A stretch of DNA of 32,000 nucleotides from Bermanella sp. WJH001 (GTDB taxonomy: Bacteria > Pseudomonadota > Gammaproteobacteria > Pseudomonadales > Oceanobacteraceae): positions 965,511 through 997,510 of the forward strand of contig NZ_CP194951.1 of assembly GCF_030070105.2 (NCBI RefSeq), given 5' to 3'. The first letter of the stretch is position 1. Each line of letters opens with the position of its first letter. Below are positions 7,153-18,825 of the stretch, piece after piece. The position numbers were made by a program, and so were the translations under genes. The notes under the pieces are model-generated. The model searched no databases. It saw nothing but the letters and a program-made list of their open reading frames with translations, and was not told the DNA's origin.

Positions 7153-7848
7153 ATGATAAAAATAATAACAATGATTTTTGCAACATTCGTACTAATTAAT
7201 ACGTCTGGTTGTCTGCATATCTACCAATCCCTAGGGCACAATTTTGGTGCTTATATTGCTACCGTTTCGGGTAAAGAATATTCACAGGTGGGCAATCGCT
7301 GGGATTATGAAAATAAAGCACTGCTGTATGTCTATCGCCCTAATAGTCAGTGGGCGGCTGACGAAGTTGAAGCCCCTAGTTTTTATTTAGAAGACGAGCG
7401 CGTGTTTAATATCCGTGCAAATGGCTATACCTGGTTTGAGCTTGAACCTGGTGAATATGAAGTGGTGATGCGTCGTCCATTGATGGGTCTTGAAGGCATT
7501 GCCACCGAAAGTTTTGAATTTGATCTATCGCGCATTGCACAAATGAATCTGTCGGTTGAAGCCGATAAGGTTTATTTCTTACGTTATAGTGAAATTGATC
7601 CTCCTGAACTTGAACATCAAACCTTAAAAGAAGACATGCCTTTGGGTGATGGCCCGCTGATGTTGGTTTCAACGGACCTTGCTCATAGTGAATTAGCAGC
7701 CACACGCATGTTGCCAGAAGGTGGCCGTTTTATTAAATCGAAAGGCGCTCTTAGCGAAGATGAGCTAGAAGAAGTGTTCGATAGTCGTGTCATTGACTTA
7801 AGCCAAGAAGAGCCAGAAGACACAAATACCATGAAATGGTGGTGGTAA
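7153..7848 (+). CDS. Putative lipoprotein, DUF2846-like
   Basis: Lipobox-like NTSGC; ALLYVYRPN...GYTWFELEPGEYEV pattern. Confidence 0.7.
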   Translation: MIKIITMIFATFVLINTSGCLHIYQSLGHNFGAYIATVSGKEYSQVGNRWDYENKALLYVYRPNSQWAADEVEAPSFYLEDERVFNIRANGYTWFELEPGEYEVVMRRPLMGLEGIATESFEFDLSRIAQMNLSVEADKVYFLRYSEIDPPELEHQTLKEDMPLGDGPLMLVSTDLAHSELAATRMLPEGGRFIKSKGALSEDELEEVFDSRVIDLSQEEPEDTNTMKWWW

Positions 7849-7934
7849 CTGCGTTTGGCGGTTACGTCATTTTAAGCCACCATGCTACAATACCCACACA
7901 ACTATTATTCAATTGATTATTGAGAGACCCTGCC

Positions 7935-9449
7935 ATGACTGTGATCAAGCAAGAAGATCTGATCCAGAGTGTTGCTGATGCCCTTCAGTATATTTCTTAT
8001 TACCACCCATTGGACTTCATCAAAGCGATGGAAGAAGCCTACGAGAAAGAAGAGAGCCAAGGCGCTAAAGACGCCATCGCTCAAATTCTAATCAACTCTC
8101 GTATGTGTGCCATGGGTCACCGCCCAATTTGTCAGGATACCGGTATTGTTACTGTATTTTTGACCATTGGTATGGACGTTAAATTTGAAGACGCCACTAT
8201 GGATGTAGAAGCCATGGCCAATGAAGGCGTGCGTCGTGCTTATTTGCTGCCTGATAACATTTTACGTGCATCGGTATTAGCCGACCCAGACGGTAAGCGC
8301 ACTAATACCAAAGACAATACTCCTGCGGTTATTCATACCAAGCTAGTTCAAGGTAACACTGTTGATGTACACGTGGCTGCAAAAGGCGGCGGCTCTGAGG
8401 CCAAGTCTAAGTTTGCCATGTTGAATCCGTCTGATTCGGTTGTAGATTGGGTACTTGAGCAAATTCCTAAAATGGGTGCGGGCTGGTGTCCACCAGGTAT
8501 GTTAGGCATAGGTATTGGTGGTACGGCTGAAAAAGCCATGATGATCGCCAAAGAAGCCTTGCTTGAACCAATTAACATCAAAGAATTACAAGCTCGTGGT
8601 GCGCAAAATCGTTCAGAAGAATTGCGTTTAGAGCTATACGAAAAAGTGAATAAATTAGGTATTGGTGCACAAGGTCTAGGCGGTTTAACCACTGTGTTAG
8701 ACGTTAAAGTTGCCGATTACCCAACACACGCGGCCAATAAACCCGTTGCTATCATTCCTAACTGTGCGGCTACGCGCCACGCGCACTTTGAGTTAGATGG
8801 TTCTGGTCCTGCTAAATTAGAACCGCCTAAGCTAGAAGATTGGCCTGAAATCACGTGGGAAGTAGGCGAAAGCGTACGTCGTGTTGATTTAAACACCATT
8901 ACTCGTGAAGAAATGAAAGACTGGAAGCCAGGGGAAACCATTTTGCTTAACGGTAAAATGCTTACCGGTCGTGATGCCGCCCATAAACGTATGGTGGATA
9001 TGATCGAAAAAGGCGAAGAGCTGCCAGTTGATCTTAAGAATCGTTTCATTTATTACGTGGGTCCGGTTGACCCAGTTCGTGAAGAAGTAGTTGGTCCTGC
9101 TGGCCCAACAACGGCAACACGCATGGACAAATTCACCCGTACCGTACTAGAAAAAACCGGTTTAATGGGCATGATCGGTAAAGCCGAACGTGGTCAAATT
9201 GCCATTGATGCAATCAAGGACAATCAAGCGTCTTACTTAATGGCAGTGGGTGGTGCCGCTTATCTGGTATCACAAGCCATTAAAAACGCAGAAGTAGTTG
9301 GCTTTGCAGACCTAGGTATGGAAGCTATCTACGAGTTTGATGTTGTGGACATGCCAGTTACCGTTGCGGTTGATGTGAACGGTACTTCTGTTCATAAAAC
9401 TGGCCCACAAGAGTGGTATGCGAAAATCAATGCGAAAGAAGTAAACTAA
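7935..9449 (+). CDS. fumA: Fumarate hydratase class I
   Basis: PICQDTGIVTVFLTIGMDV, RTNTKDNTPAVIH, AKGGGSEAKSKFAM, GIGGTAEKAM, VGPAGPTTATRMDKF. Start chosen at 7935 (MTVIKQ) rather than 7920. Confidence 0.94.
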   Translation: MTVIKQEDLIQSVADALQYISYYHPLDFIKAMEEAYEKEESQGAKDAIAQILINSRMCAMGHRPICQDTGIVTVFLTIGMDVKFEDATMDVEAMANEGVRRAYLLPDNILRASVLADPDGKRTNTKDNTPAVIHTKLVQGNTVDVHVAAKGGGSEAKSKFAMLNPSDSVVDWVLEQIPKMGAGWCPPGMLGIGIGGTAEKAMMIAKEALLEPINIKELQARGAQNRSEELRLELYEKVNKLGIGAQGLGGLTTVLDVKVADYPTHAANKPVAIIPNCAATRHAHFELDGSGPAKLEPPKLEDWPEITWEVGESVRRVDLNTITREEMKDWKPGETILLNGKMLTGRDAAHKRMVDMIEKGEELPVDLKNRFIYYVGPVDPVREEVVGPAGPTTATRMDKFTRTVLEKTGLMGMIGKAERGQIAIDAIKDNQASYLMAVGGAAYLVSQAIKNAEVVGFADLGMEAIYEFDVVDMPVTVAVDVNGTSVHKTGPQEWYAKINAKEVN

Positions 9450-9474
9450 GTTTAATCGATGCGTTGATGAATTA

Positions 9475-9496
9475 AGGGGCTTCGGCCCCTTTTTTT
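9475..9496 (+). terminator. Rho-independent terminator after fumarase gene
   Basis: AGGGGC TTCG GCCCCT TTTTTT. Confidence 0.9.
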
Positions 9497-9520
9497 ATGG
9501 GTGAATTATGAGGAGCAGTG

Positions 9521-9856
9521 ATGTTAACGGATTTACATTGTGAAATTTGTAATCGTGACTCGGTCAAAGTAACCGAGCAAGAGTGCGCTGAGTATTTAAA
9601 GTTTTTGCCTCACTGGCAAATAATTACAGAGAATAATGTACAAAAATTACGCCGTGAATTTAAATTTACTACATATCAAGCAGGATTGAACTTTACCAAT
9701 CAAGTGGCCGCGTTAGCAGAAGATGAAAACCACCATCCCGATCTGATATTGCAGTGGGGGCGCGTCACGGTAATATGGTGGACACATTCGATAAATGCTT
9801 TGCATAAAAATGATTTTATTTTAGCGGCTAAAACCGATGTTTTATATCAAGATTAA
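9521..9856 (+). CDS. phhB: 4a-hydroxytetrahydrobiopterin dehydratase (pterin-4a-carbinolamine dehydratase)
   Basis: LPHWQIITENNVQKLRREFKFTTYQAGLNFTNQVAALAEDENHHPDLILQWGRVTVIWWTHSINALHKNDFILAAKTD. Confidence 0.9.
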   Translation: MLTDLHCEICNRDSVKVTEQECAEYLKFLPHWQIITENNVQKLRREFKFTTYQAGLNFTNQVAALAEDENHHPDLILQWGRVTVIWWTHSINALHKNDFILAAKTDVLYQD

Positions 9857-10197
9857 CGGCTGAGCCGAATGGTACTTACTCTTAACACCCTGCCTTCACA
9901 GCCGTTGGTGATAATGGCCAGCGGCAAGCGGCTCTTGAAAGCCTCAAGGGCTAACAAAAAACGCCTTTGTGCCACCGCATCATATTCACTGTAAACCCGA
10001 TAAACATTGGAAGGCTTGCCACCGCAGTTGTGAATTTTATTACTTGAATGGATATCAAACGGAGCTTCTTCGTCATCTTCGCGCTGCTCTAAGGCACTTA
10101 CCACTAATCCCTCCACAATTTGATCGCTCGACCAAGATATGGCCGAAACTGTGCACATTAGCAGTGAGCAAATAAATATGCGTAATGACATTATCAT
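9853..10197 (-). CDS. Hypothetical secreted protein
   Basis: Signal-peptide-like N terminus (IFICSLLMCTVSAISWS); coding assignment rests on ORF integrity only. Confidence 0.55.
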   Translation of the reverse strand: MIMSLRIFICSLLMCTVSAISWSSDQIVEGLVVSALEQREDDEEAPFDIHSSNKIHNCGGKPSNVYRVYSEYDAVAQRRFLLALEAFKSRLPLAIITNGCEGRVLRVSTIRLSR

Positions 10198-10341
10198 CCT
10201 GTTTTAACTTTCTATTCTTATGTTGTGGCTATCGGCTTATTAACTAAAAACTAAAGCTTTTTCAAAACTAAACATAGCGTGTGCTGATGCTTGGACTATG
10301 CTTTGTTTATAAGTGTATGGCGAAAATGGATGATGCCAAGG

Positions 10342-11442
10342 ATGAAGCATAATAACGGACTTTATTCATATAAATATGTAATTTTATCGGCACTATTTTT
10401 TATAGTTTGCGCCATATATTCGTCATATTCTGTGTCTGAAACGCGAGTTGTCACATCGGATGTTCCTGGTTTTGGCTTACCGCCTACCATGTATGCTGGT
10501 TTTTCTCGGCTTCTTGATGACGAAAGTATTTTAGTACCAGAAGAATTGTTAGACGTTGATAAAAATATCAAACGCATTGCCTTTTATTTTAATGGCGATC
10601 GCCTTCACCGAAAAATCCCCAAACAAGTCCACCTGATGATCGAGAATAAACTACTTGGTAAGTTCATGGGCCTTGGTCGTTTTGAAGTGATCGACTGTAT
10701 TGAATGCCGCACCACTCGAGTGAACTTTGAAGATTCCCGCATGCTCATTAGTCAAAGTGCTCAAAGCAACCAAGATTTGCGTAATTTATCCAAAGAAGTG
10801 CGTGCCGATGCCTTCCTGTTATGGAGTGCCAGTGTGCACGAAGAAAAATTCACCATAAATTTACGTCTAGTCAGTGCAAAAAGTAACGAACTGGTTTGGT
10901 TAAAAGAATACGCGAAAAAAACAACCCGTGAGCAAGAAGAGCTTGAATTTGAAAGCATTGAATTAGAAATGGTGGTCAGCTCTTGGGGGCTGGCGGCTGA
11001 ACGAGATGGTGTGGGGGCAGTAGAGGATGCGTCACTCAGTGGTGTAACTGGGTTTGGTATCCGTCGCCGCGAGTACACCACGTTAAATAAAGATGTGGAA
11101 TACAGCTTGGGGGTTGAATACTTCCGTAACTTTTCAAGTACCGATGAATTTAATATCAGCGGTTTTAATTTAGAAGGGCGAATTTTTGTCAACATTTCAG
11201 CGTTGAAAGACTGGGTAAATACCAAGGCCTATGTGGGTATTGGCCAAGCATTTTTTAGTGGCAGCCACGGCTTAATGATGAAGTTTGGATTGGAGTTTCC
11301 CTTTGTGACCAACGGCTTTATGGCCATAGGAGCTGTGTATTTAGTCAAAGAAGAAGTGGAATGGGATAGCAACTCAGATTATGAGGACAGCTCAGAGTTT
11401 GGTGGTGCAGGTTTAGATTTAACACTTGGCTATCGCTTTTAA
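10342..11442 (+). CDS. Putative outer-membrane protein: CsgG/FlgO/TolB-N-like periplasmic domain plus C-terminal beta-barrel
   Basis: LSKEVRADAFLLWSASVHEEKFTINLRLVSAKSNELVWLKEYA resembles CsgG/FlgO-like domains. The last ~110 aa have alternating strands and end in GYRF. ATG at 10342 has AAGGA upstream. Confidence 0.65.
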   Translation: MKHNNGLYSYKYVILSALFFIVCAIYSSYSVSETRVVTSDVPGFGLPPTMYAGFSRLLDDESILVPEELLDVDKNIKRIAFYFNGDRLHRKIPKQVHLMIENKLLGKFMGLGRFEVIDCIECRTTRVNFEDSRMLISQSAQSNQDLRNLSKEVRADAFLLWSASVHEEKFTINLRLVSAKSNELVWLKEYAKKTTREQEELEFESIELEMVVSSWGLAAERDGVGAVEDASLSGVTGFGIRRREYTTLNKDVEYSLGVEYFRNFSSTDEFNISGFNLEGRIFVNISALKDWVNTKAYVGIGQAFFSGSHGLMMKFGLEFPFVTNGFMAIGAVYLVKEEVEWDSNSDYEDSSEFGGAGLDLTLGYRF

Positions 11443-11452
11443 GGAATAAAAT

Positions 11453-12082
11453 ATGAAAACCATTTTATTGCCAGTCTTGATCTCAATTAGCGTTTTAGCT
11501 GGCTGCTCCATTGAGCAATTTGCTATGGAAAAAGACCCCTTTGTGGCGCAAAAGCCAGATAAAGACGTGGACCCCTTAACCGTAGACAGTGCCGAATACG
11601 CAAAAAATAATCATGGTCTAGTGAATATTCACCGCCATGGCCCAGGCTATGATGTGATGATGATGTTAAATGCGGGTGAGAGTGACATTATTTTTAGCAT
11701 GGATTTACCAGTCGGTGGTGAAACCTATATGCCTGAAATATCCGAGCAAATGAAAGCCCAGCGTGAAAAAGGAAAAGCGCCAGATAGCATTGAAGAAGAA
11801 AAAGATTTCTTTAACGAAAAAGCACTTTCATTATTTTCAGATGCCACCAAACATATGTTAAGTGCCCAAGCCTTGTTTTATCGTAAGTCCTACTGGAAAG
11901 CATTAGAAGAAACCAATAAAGCCATGTCACTGGTGCCATCGTCTGCGCAAGCTCATGCCCTGAAGGGCAGTATCTATTACAAGATGGGCAGAAAAAAAGA
12001 CGCCAAGGTTTCTTGGCAGCAAGCATTACAATTAGACCCTTCTTTAACGGACGTTAAAGAGAGTTTGAAACTCGTGAAGTAA
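11453..12082 (+). CDS. TPR-containing lipoprotein
   Basis: Lipobox VLAGC; repeats AQALFYRKSYWKALEETNKAMSLVPSSAQAHALKGSIYYKMGRKKDAKVSWQQALQLDPS. Confidence 0.8.
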   Translation: MKTILLPVLISISVLAGCSIEQFAMEKDPFVAQKPDKDVDPLTVDSAEYAKNNHGLVNIHRHGPGYDVMMMLNAGESDIIFSMDLPVGGETYMPEISEQMKAQREKGKAPDSIEEEKDFFNEKALSLFSDATKHMLSAQALFYRKSYWKALEETNKAMSLVPSSAQAHALKGSIYYKMGRKKDAKVSWQQALQLDPSLTDVKESLKLVK

Positions 12083-12091
12083 GGGGCATCT

Positions 12092-14032
12092 ATGTTGAGA
12101 CAATATTTATTAGTAAGCCTTGCTCTAATTAGTATTTCGCTAATGGTTCAAGGAGCGAATAGTCCGGTAGAAGTGCAAACCAAAACCGACGACCTTGAAG
12201 AGATTCAATTAAAATCCCGCTTAGAAGAAAGCTTGGCTCGCGATATACAATCTTACTTAGGGCATAACCGCTTTATTGTGAATGTGAATGTAAGGCTTGA
12301 AAAAATACGTCAGGTGATCAAGAAAAAAAATAAACCAGAAACTAAACCTAATAAGGCATATCAGCCTACTTTTTTACCAAAGTTAACCTTTCCTAATTCG
12401 GTTGAATCAGATGACTCGGAACAAGTGGAAAGCCTGCCTGGTTTGCCGTTTGTTGATATTCCTGGTGATAAAGAAAAAGACGCAGAGCTTCAGTTTATGC
12501 GTGAGCAAATTGAACGCCTTCAAAATGAGCAGCGTCAGCCTAGGTGGCAAAACGGTGAAGGTGATGATGAGAATGGTAATGGCTCAACGGAGGAAACCGT
12601 AGGCGTATTTAATCGCATTGCAAAATTAAAAGTGACCCTTGCGGTTGAAGAAAGTATTAGCTCTGAGCAAGAGGCTTTTTTAAGAAATCTTGTTTATCAA
12701 AAAGCGGCGTTAAATGATTTACGTGGTGATGAATTAAAGATTGTTAAAACACAATTTTCTGCCTTACCCATCAGCGAAAAAGAAATGGCTAATTTGGCCT
12801 CCCCTTATACAGATGAGGCTGCACCTGCTCAAAGCTGGATGGATGAAAATTTTAACGCGCTATTATTAGGCTTGTTGAGTCTGCTTGCTTTGTTGTTAAT
12901 TAGTTTGATTATTTTGTCGTTACGTAAAAAGAATAAACCTAATGATTTACCAGCGGCCATACCTGTGCCTAAGGAACTCAGCGCTGAAAACCCCAAGCCA
13001 GCAGAGCAAGAAGGCCCAGATAATAAACAGATAATGCAAAAAACACGTCAAGAGATTATCTCTTTAGGCTTGGGCCAGCCTCAACATGTGCAAGGCACCA
13101 TGGATCAGTTGTTAAGCCAAGAAGAAAAAATCCCAATGGCGGCCTCTATTTACAAGGTATTAGGGCGCAGTTTATTTCGTTCTATTTTTCCTAATGTGGA
13201 ACAACTGCAACTGCAAAGTATCATGGCTCATTTAGCGGATCAGGCTCCTGATGAAGACCAGCAATTTCAAGATACCCAAGACTTTTATCAGTTGTTGCAA
13301 AAAGCGGTGCAAGAAACAGATGAAGTGAAATCTCATCCGTTTGAATTTTTAGGTAAGTTAAACGACAGCCAAGTGCTGTATTTGATGCAGCATGAAGATG
13401 CACGTATCCAGGCTTTAGTGATTAGTCAGTTGCAAGCACAACAAGCTGCAAGGGTTTTAAATCGAATCAATGAAAAACGCCAAGCCCAAGTGATTGCCGA
13501 ACTTGGCCAGTTTGAAACCTTCCCTCTTGATACCTTTAAGGATGTAGCAGATCGCTTAGCAAAAGCGGCACTTAAGGTTCCAAGCTTTGAAAATGTAAAC
13601 GCTGATGGCCTACACATGCTGATGAATATGTTAGATAACATGAATTCAACAGAAGAAAACAAAGTGCTAAAACGTTTAAAACAAGATAAGCCCGATACCT
13701 TTTATAAATTGCGCCAACAATATTTTACCTTTGCGGATATTGCTAAAACACCAAGGCAAATTCTTAGTAATGCCTTACGTGAAGTGGAACGTAGTTTTAT
13801 TGGGCGTGCCATTTGCGGCACACCGGATGAGTTTAAAATCCATGTTTTATCCTCGCTTACACCAAAACTCAAAGCTTTAGCGCAAGAAGATCTTAAACGC
13901 TATGAGGGACGAATAGCAGCAAAAGACATTGAACCAGCCCGTAAAGCCATTGTGCATAAACTGCGTGAGTACATTCATACGGGTAAATTTTCGATGGATG
14001 AGTTGCAAGCTAAAAAGCAGGCTGAATCATGA
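12092..14032 (+). CDS. FliF-like/FliG-like fusion membrane protein
   Basis: Signal peptide; FliF-like LEESLARDIQSYLGHNRFIVNVNVRLE and IAKLKVTLAVEESISSEQEAFLRNLVYQKAALNDLRGDELKIVKTQF; TM FNALLLGLLSLLALLLISLIIL; FliG-M-like HPFEFLGKLNDSQVLYLMQHEDARIQALVISQLQAQQAARVLNRI and FliG-C-like region to the end. Confidence 0.75.
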   Translation: MLRQYLLVSLALISISLMVQGANSPVEVQTKTDDLEEIQLKSRLEESLARDIQSYLGHNRFIVNVNVRLEKIRQVIKKKNKPETKPNKAYQPTFLPKLTFPNSVESDDSEQVESLPGLPFVDIPGDKEKDAELQFMREQIERLQNEQRQPRWQNGEGDDENGNGSTEETVGVFNRIAKLKVTLAVEESISSEQEAFLRNLVYQKAALNDLRGDELKIVKTQFSALPISEKEMANLASPYTDEAAPAQSWMDENFNALLLGLLSLLALLLISLIILSLRKKNKPNDLPAAIPVPKELSAENPKPAEQEGPDNKQIMQKTRQEIISLGLGQPQHVQGTMDQLLSQEEKIPMAASIYKVLGRSLFRSIFPNVEQLQLQSIMAHLADQAPDEDQQFQDTQDFYQLLQKAVQETDEVKSHPFEFLGKLNDSQVLYLMQHEDARIQALVISQLQAQQAARVLNRINEKRQAQVIAELGQFETFPLDTFKDVADRLAKAALKVPSFENVNADGLHMLMNMLDNMNSTEENKVLKRLKQDKPDTFYKLRQQYFTFADIAKTPRQILSNALREVERSFIGRAICGTPDEFKIHVLSSLTPKLKALAQEDLKRYEGRIAAKDIEPARKAIVHKLREYIHTGKFSMDELQAKKQAES

Positions 14033-14826
14033 TTAGCTTTAGTACGTTAATTGGCATAACCGCAGGTATTGGCTTATTTATTATGGCCATTATCAGTAGC
14101 ACTGATAATTACATGATGTTTATCAGTCTTGCCAGCGCCATGATGGTGATTGGTAGTACCTTTGCAGCGTCGTTGATTAGCTTTAGTTTTTTAGAGGTGA
14201 TGCATGCCATCAAAGCCATGTTTCAAACATTAGCGGCAAGTCGAACCACCCAAGGGCATTTACGTGACTTAGTAAAACGCTTTGTGGAATTTAGTCGTAT
14301 TTATCGTGACGGCGGTATTTCTGCCCTTGAGGACAGTTTAACCAAGCAAGAGAAAAAAGATGAATTTCTGGCGTTAGGTTTGGAGCTAATGGGTTCGGGT
14401 TACAAGCAAAGTGATATTCGCGTGATTATGGGGGATGCCATGGACAGTCATTGGCAGCGCCAAAGTTTAGAAGGCAAAATCCTCAATACCATGGGAGTGT
14501 ATGCACCGGGCTTTGGCATGGTGGGTACAATCGTAGGCTTGATCATCATGCTTGATAACATGGGTGATGATATGGCGAACTTGGGTAAGGGTCTTGCCTT
14601 GGCGTTAATCACCACCTTGTATGGTGTGTTATTGGCCAATTTGTTATTTAAACCCACCGCTGCCCAGGTGACCGAAAAACAAGAGCAGGAATATTTCCGT
14701 AATCAACTGATCACAGATGGGTTTGTATTGCTGGCCGAAAAGAAAGATGCCCTTGTGATGCAAGACCGTCTCAACGCTTATGTTAAACCCACTAAGCGCT
14801 TTACCATAGTTGAAGCCAATGAGTGA
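14029..14826 (+). CDS. MotA/PomA-like stator subunit
   Basis: Four hydrophobic segments; YAPGFGMVGTIVGLIIMLDNMGDDMANLGKGLALALITTLYGVLLANLLF. Confidence 0.9.
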   Translation: MISFSTLIGITAGIGLFIMAIISSTDNYMMFISLASAMMVIGSTFAASLISFSFLEVMHAIKAMFQTLAASRTTQGHLRDLVKRFVEFSRIYRDGGISALEDSLTKQEKKDEFLALGLELMGSGYKQSDIRVIMGDAMDSHWQRQSLEGKILNTMGVYAPGFGMVGTIVGLIIMLDNMGDDMANLGKGLALALITTLYGVLLANLLFKPTAAQVTEKQEQEYFRNQLITDGFVLLAEKKDALVMQDRLNAYVKPTKRFTIVEANE

Positions 14827-15499
14827 TAAGGCCTACAAACGAGGTTTAAGACGTCGCCGGGCCACGTTTGATGCCGATGGTGAAGGCTGGTTGGTCACCT
14901 ATGCGGATGCCATAACCTTGTTATTGGCGTTTTTTGTTATGATTCTTTCAGTGTCTGACTTAAACCAAGGCAAGATAGAGGCATTAAAAGAAGGCTTGGC
15001 CAGTATTATTTCAGGCAAGCAAGCCGAAACCCCGTTTAACGATATTAAAGATGCGCTTAATGACATTGTTGCGCAGCACGATATGCAAGATAACGTGACG
15101 GTGGATATCGACATGAAAGGGGTAAGGGTAGAGTTCTCAAACTTCTCTCTTTATCAATCCGGCAGTGCCGCCATCAAGCCTGAAGCCTTGCCCATGCTGG
15201 CAGAGGTTAGCAAGGTCATCAAAGATACCAGTTCAGCCACCCATTTGATTGAAATCGAAGGCCATACTGATGATGTGCCCATCAGCACAGAGCGTTTCCC
15301 CTCAAATTGGGAGCTAAGCGCCTCACGTGCCAGCAATGTGGTGAAATACCTCATGGGTAAAGGTGTTAATAAGGAGCGCTTAAAGGCTTCTGGTTACGCA
15401 GATTCTCGTCCTAAGGCTAAACTTGAAGAAGGACAGGCCTTCACAGAAGAAGACAGGGCGGCAAATCGGCGTGTGGTGATTTATGTTCGCCGCTTCTGA
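14819..15499 (+). CDS. MotB-like stator subunit with OmpA peptidoglycan-binding domain
   Basis: WLVTYADAITLLLAFFVMILSVSDLNQGK with the conserved channel Asp; IEIEGHTDDVPIS...NWELSASRASNVVKYL...NRRVVIYVRR. ATG at 14819 overlaps the MotA-like stop. Confidence 0.9.
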   Translation: MSDKAYKRGLRRRRATFDADGEGWLVTYADAITLLLAFFVMILSVSDLNQGKIEALKEGLASIISGKQAETPFNDIKDALNDIVAQHDMQDNVTVDIDMKGVRVEFSNFSLYQSGSAAIKPEALPMLAEVSKVIKDTSSATHLIEIEGHTDDVPISTERFPSNWELSASRASNVVKYLMGKGVNKERLKASGYADSRPKAKLEEGQAFTEEDRAANRRVVIYVRRF

Positions 15500-15572
15500 G
15501 GCCCATTTATCAGGGTGTAACGAGAAAGTTTGTAAAAATATGTGTATATGCCTGAATATGGGGCAATCTTAA

Positions 15573-17288
<1,716 letters not shown>

Positions 17289-17311
17289 ATTTTTACGATT
17301 AACGATTTTGA

Positions 17312-18628
<1,317 letters not shown>

Positions 18629-18750
18629 AAACCTAACTATGTGGCTTGTGCTTTGTTAAAAAGATTTTTTGCCTCGCACAACAGGCCTCGTTAACGGTTT
18701 TAGAGCTACCTGTTTCGGTGACGCTCTTATGCCAGATCGCGAAAGCGAAA

Positions 18751-18778
18751 AAAGGGAAACTGCGGTTTCCCTTTTTTA
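18751..18778 (+). terminator. Rho-independent terminator downstream of eno
   Basis: AAAGGGAAAC TGCG GTTTCCCTTT then T run. Confidence 0.88.
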
Positions 18779-18793
18779 TGTAAAAGATTGTAG

Positions 18794-18825
18794 GATGGGT
18801 TAACGAGGTACGAGGGTAACCCATC
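18794..18825. repeat. Short inverted repeat GATGGGTTA...TAACCCATC
   Basis: 9-bp perfect arms, 14-nt spacer, in the eno-ftsB intergenic region. Confidence 0.5.

Noticed and set aside
8348-9049. Antisense ORFs opposite the fumarase gene (also similar ones opposite sodB, pyrG, eno, surE, pcm and rmuC)
   Set aside because: All lie entirely within strongly supported genes on the other strand and lack domain signatures.
14029-15499. MotAB-like pair as a Zorya (ZorAB) defence system
   Set aside because: The MotA-like protein lacks the long cytoplasmic tail of ZorA, there are no ZorC/D/E-like nuclease or helicase genes, and the neighbour is a FliF/FliG-like protein instead.
10342-15499. Remnant of a normal flagellar operon
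   Set aside because: No FliM/FliN, FliH/I, FlhAB, rod, hook or flagellin genes; all five genes are intact with coupled spacing, which argues against decay. Other flagellar genes outside the window cannot be excluded.
18697-18708. GTTTTAGAGCTA, identical to the start of the S. pyogenes Cas9 repeat
   Set aside because: Only a 12-nt single occurrence with no repeat array, anti-repeat or cas gene; treated as coincidence.
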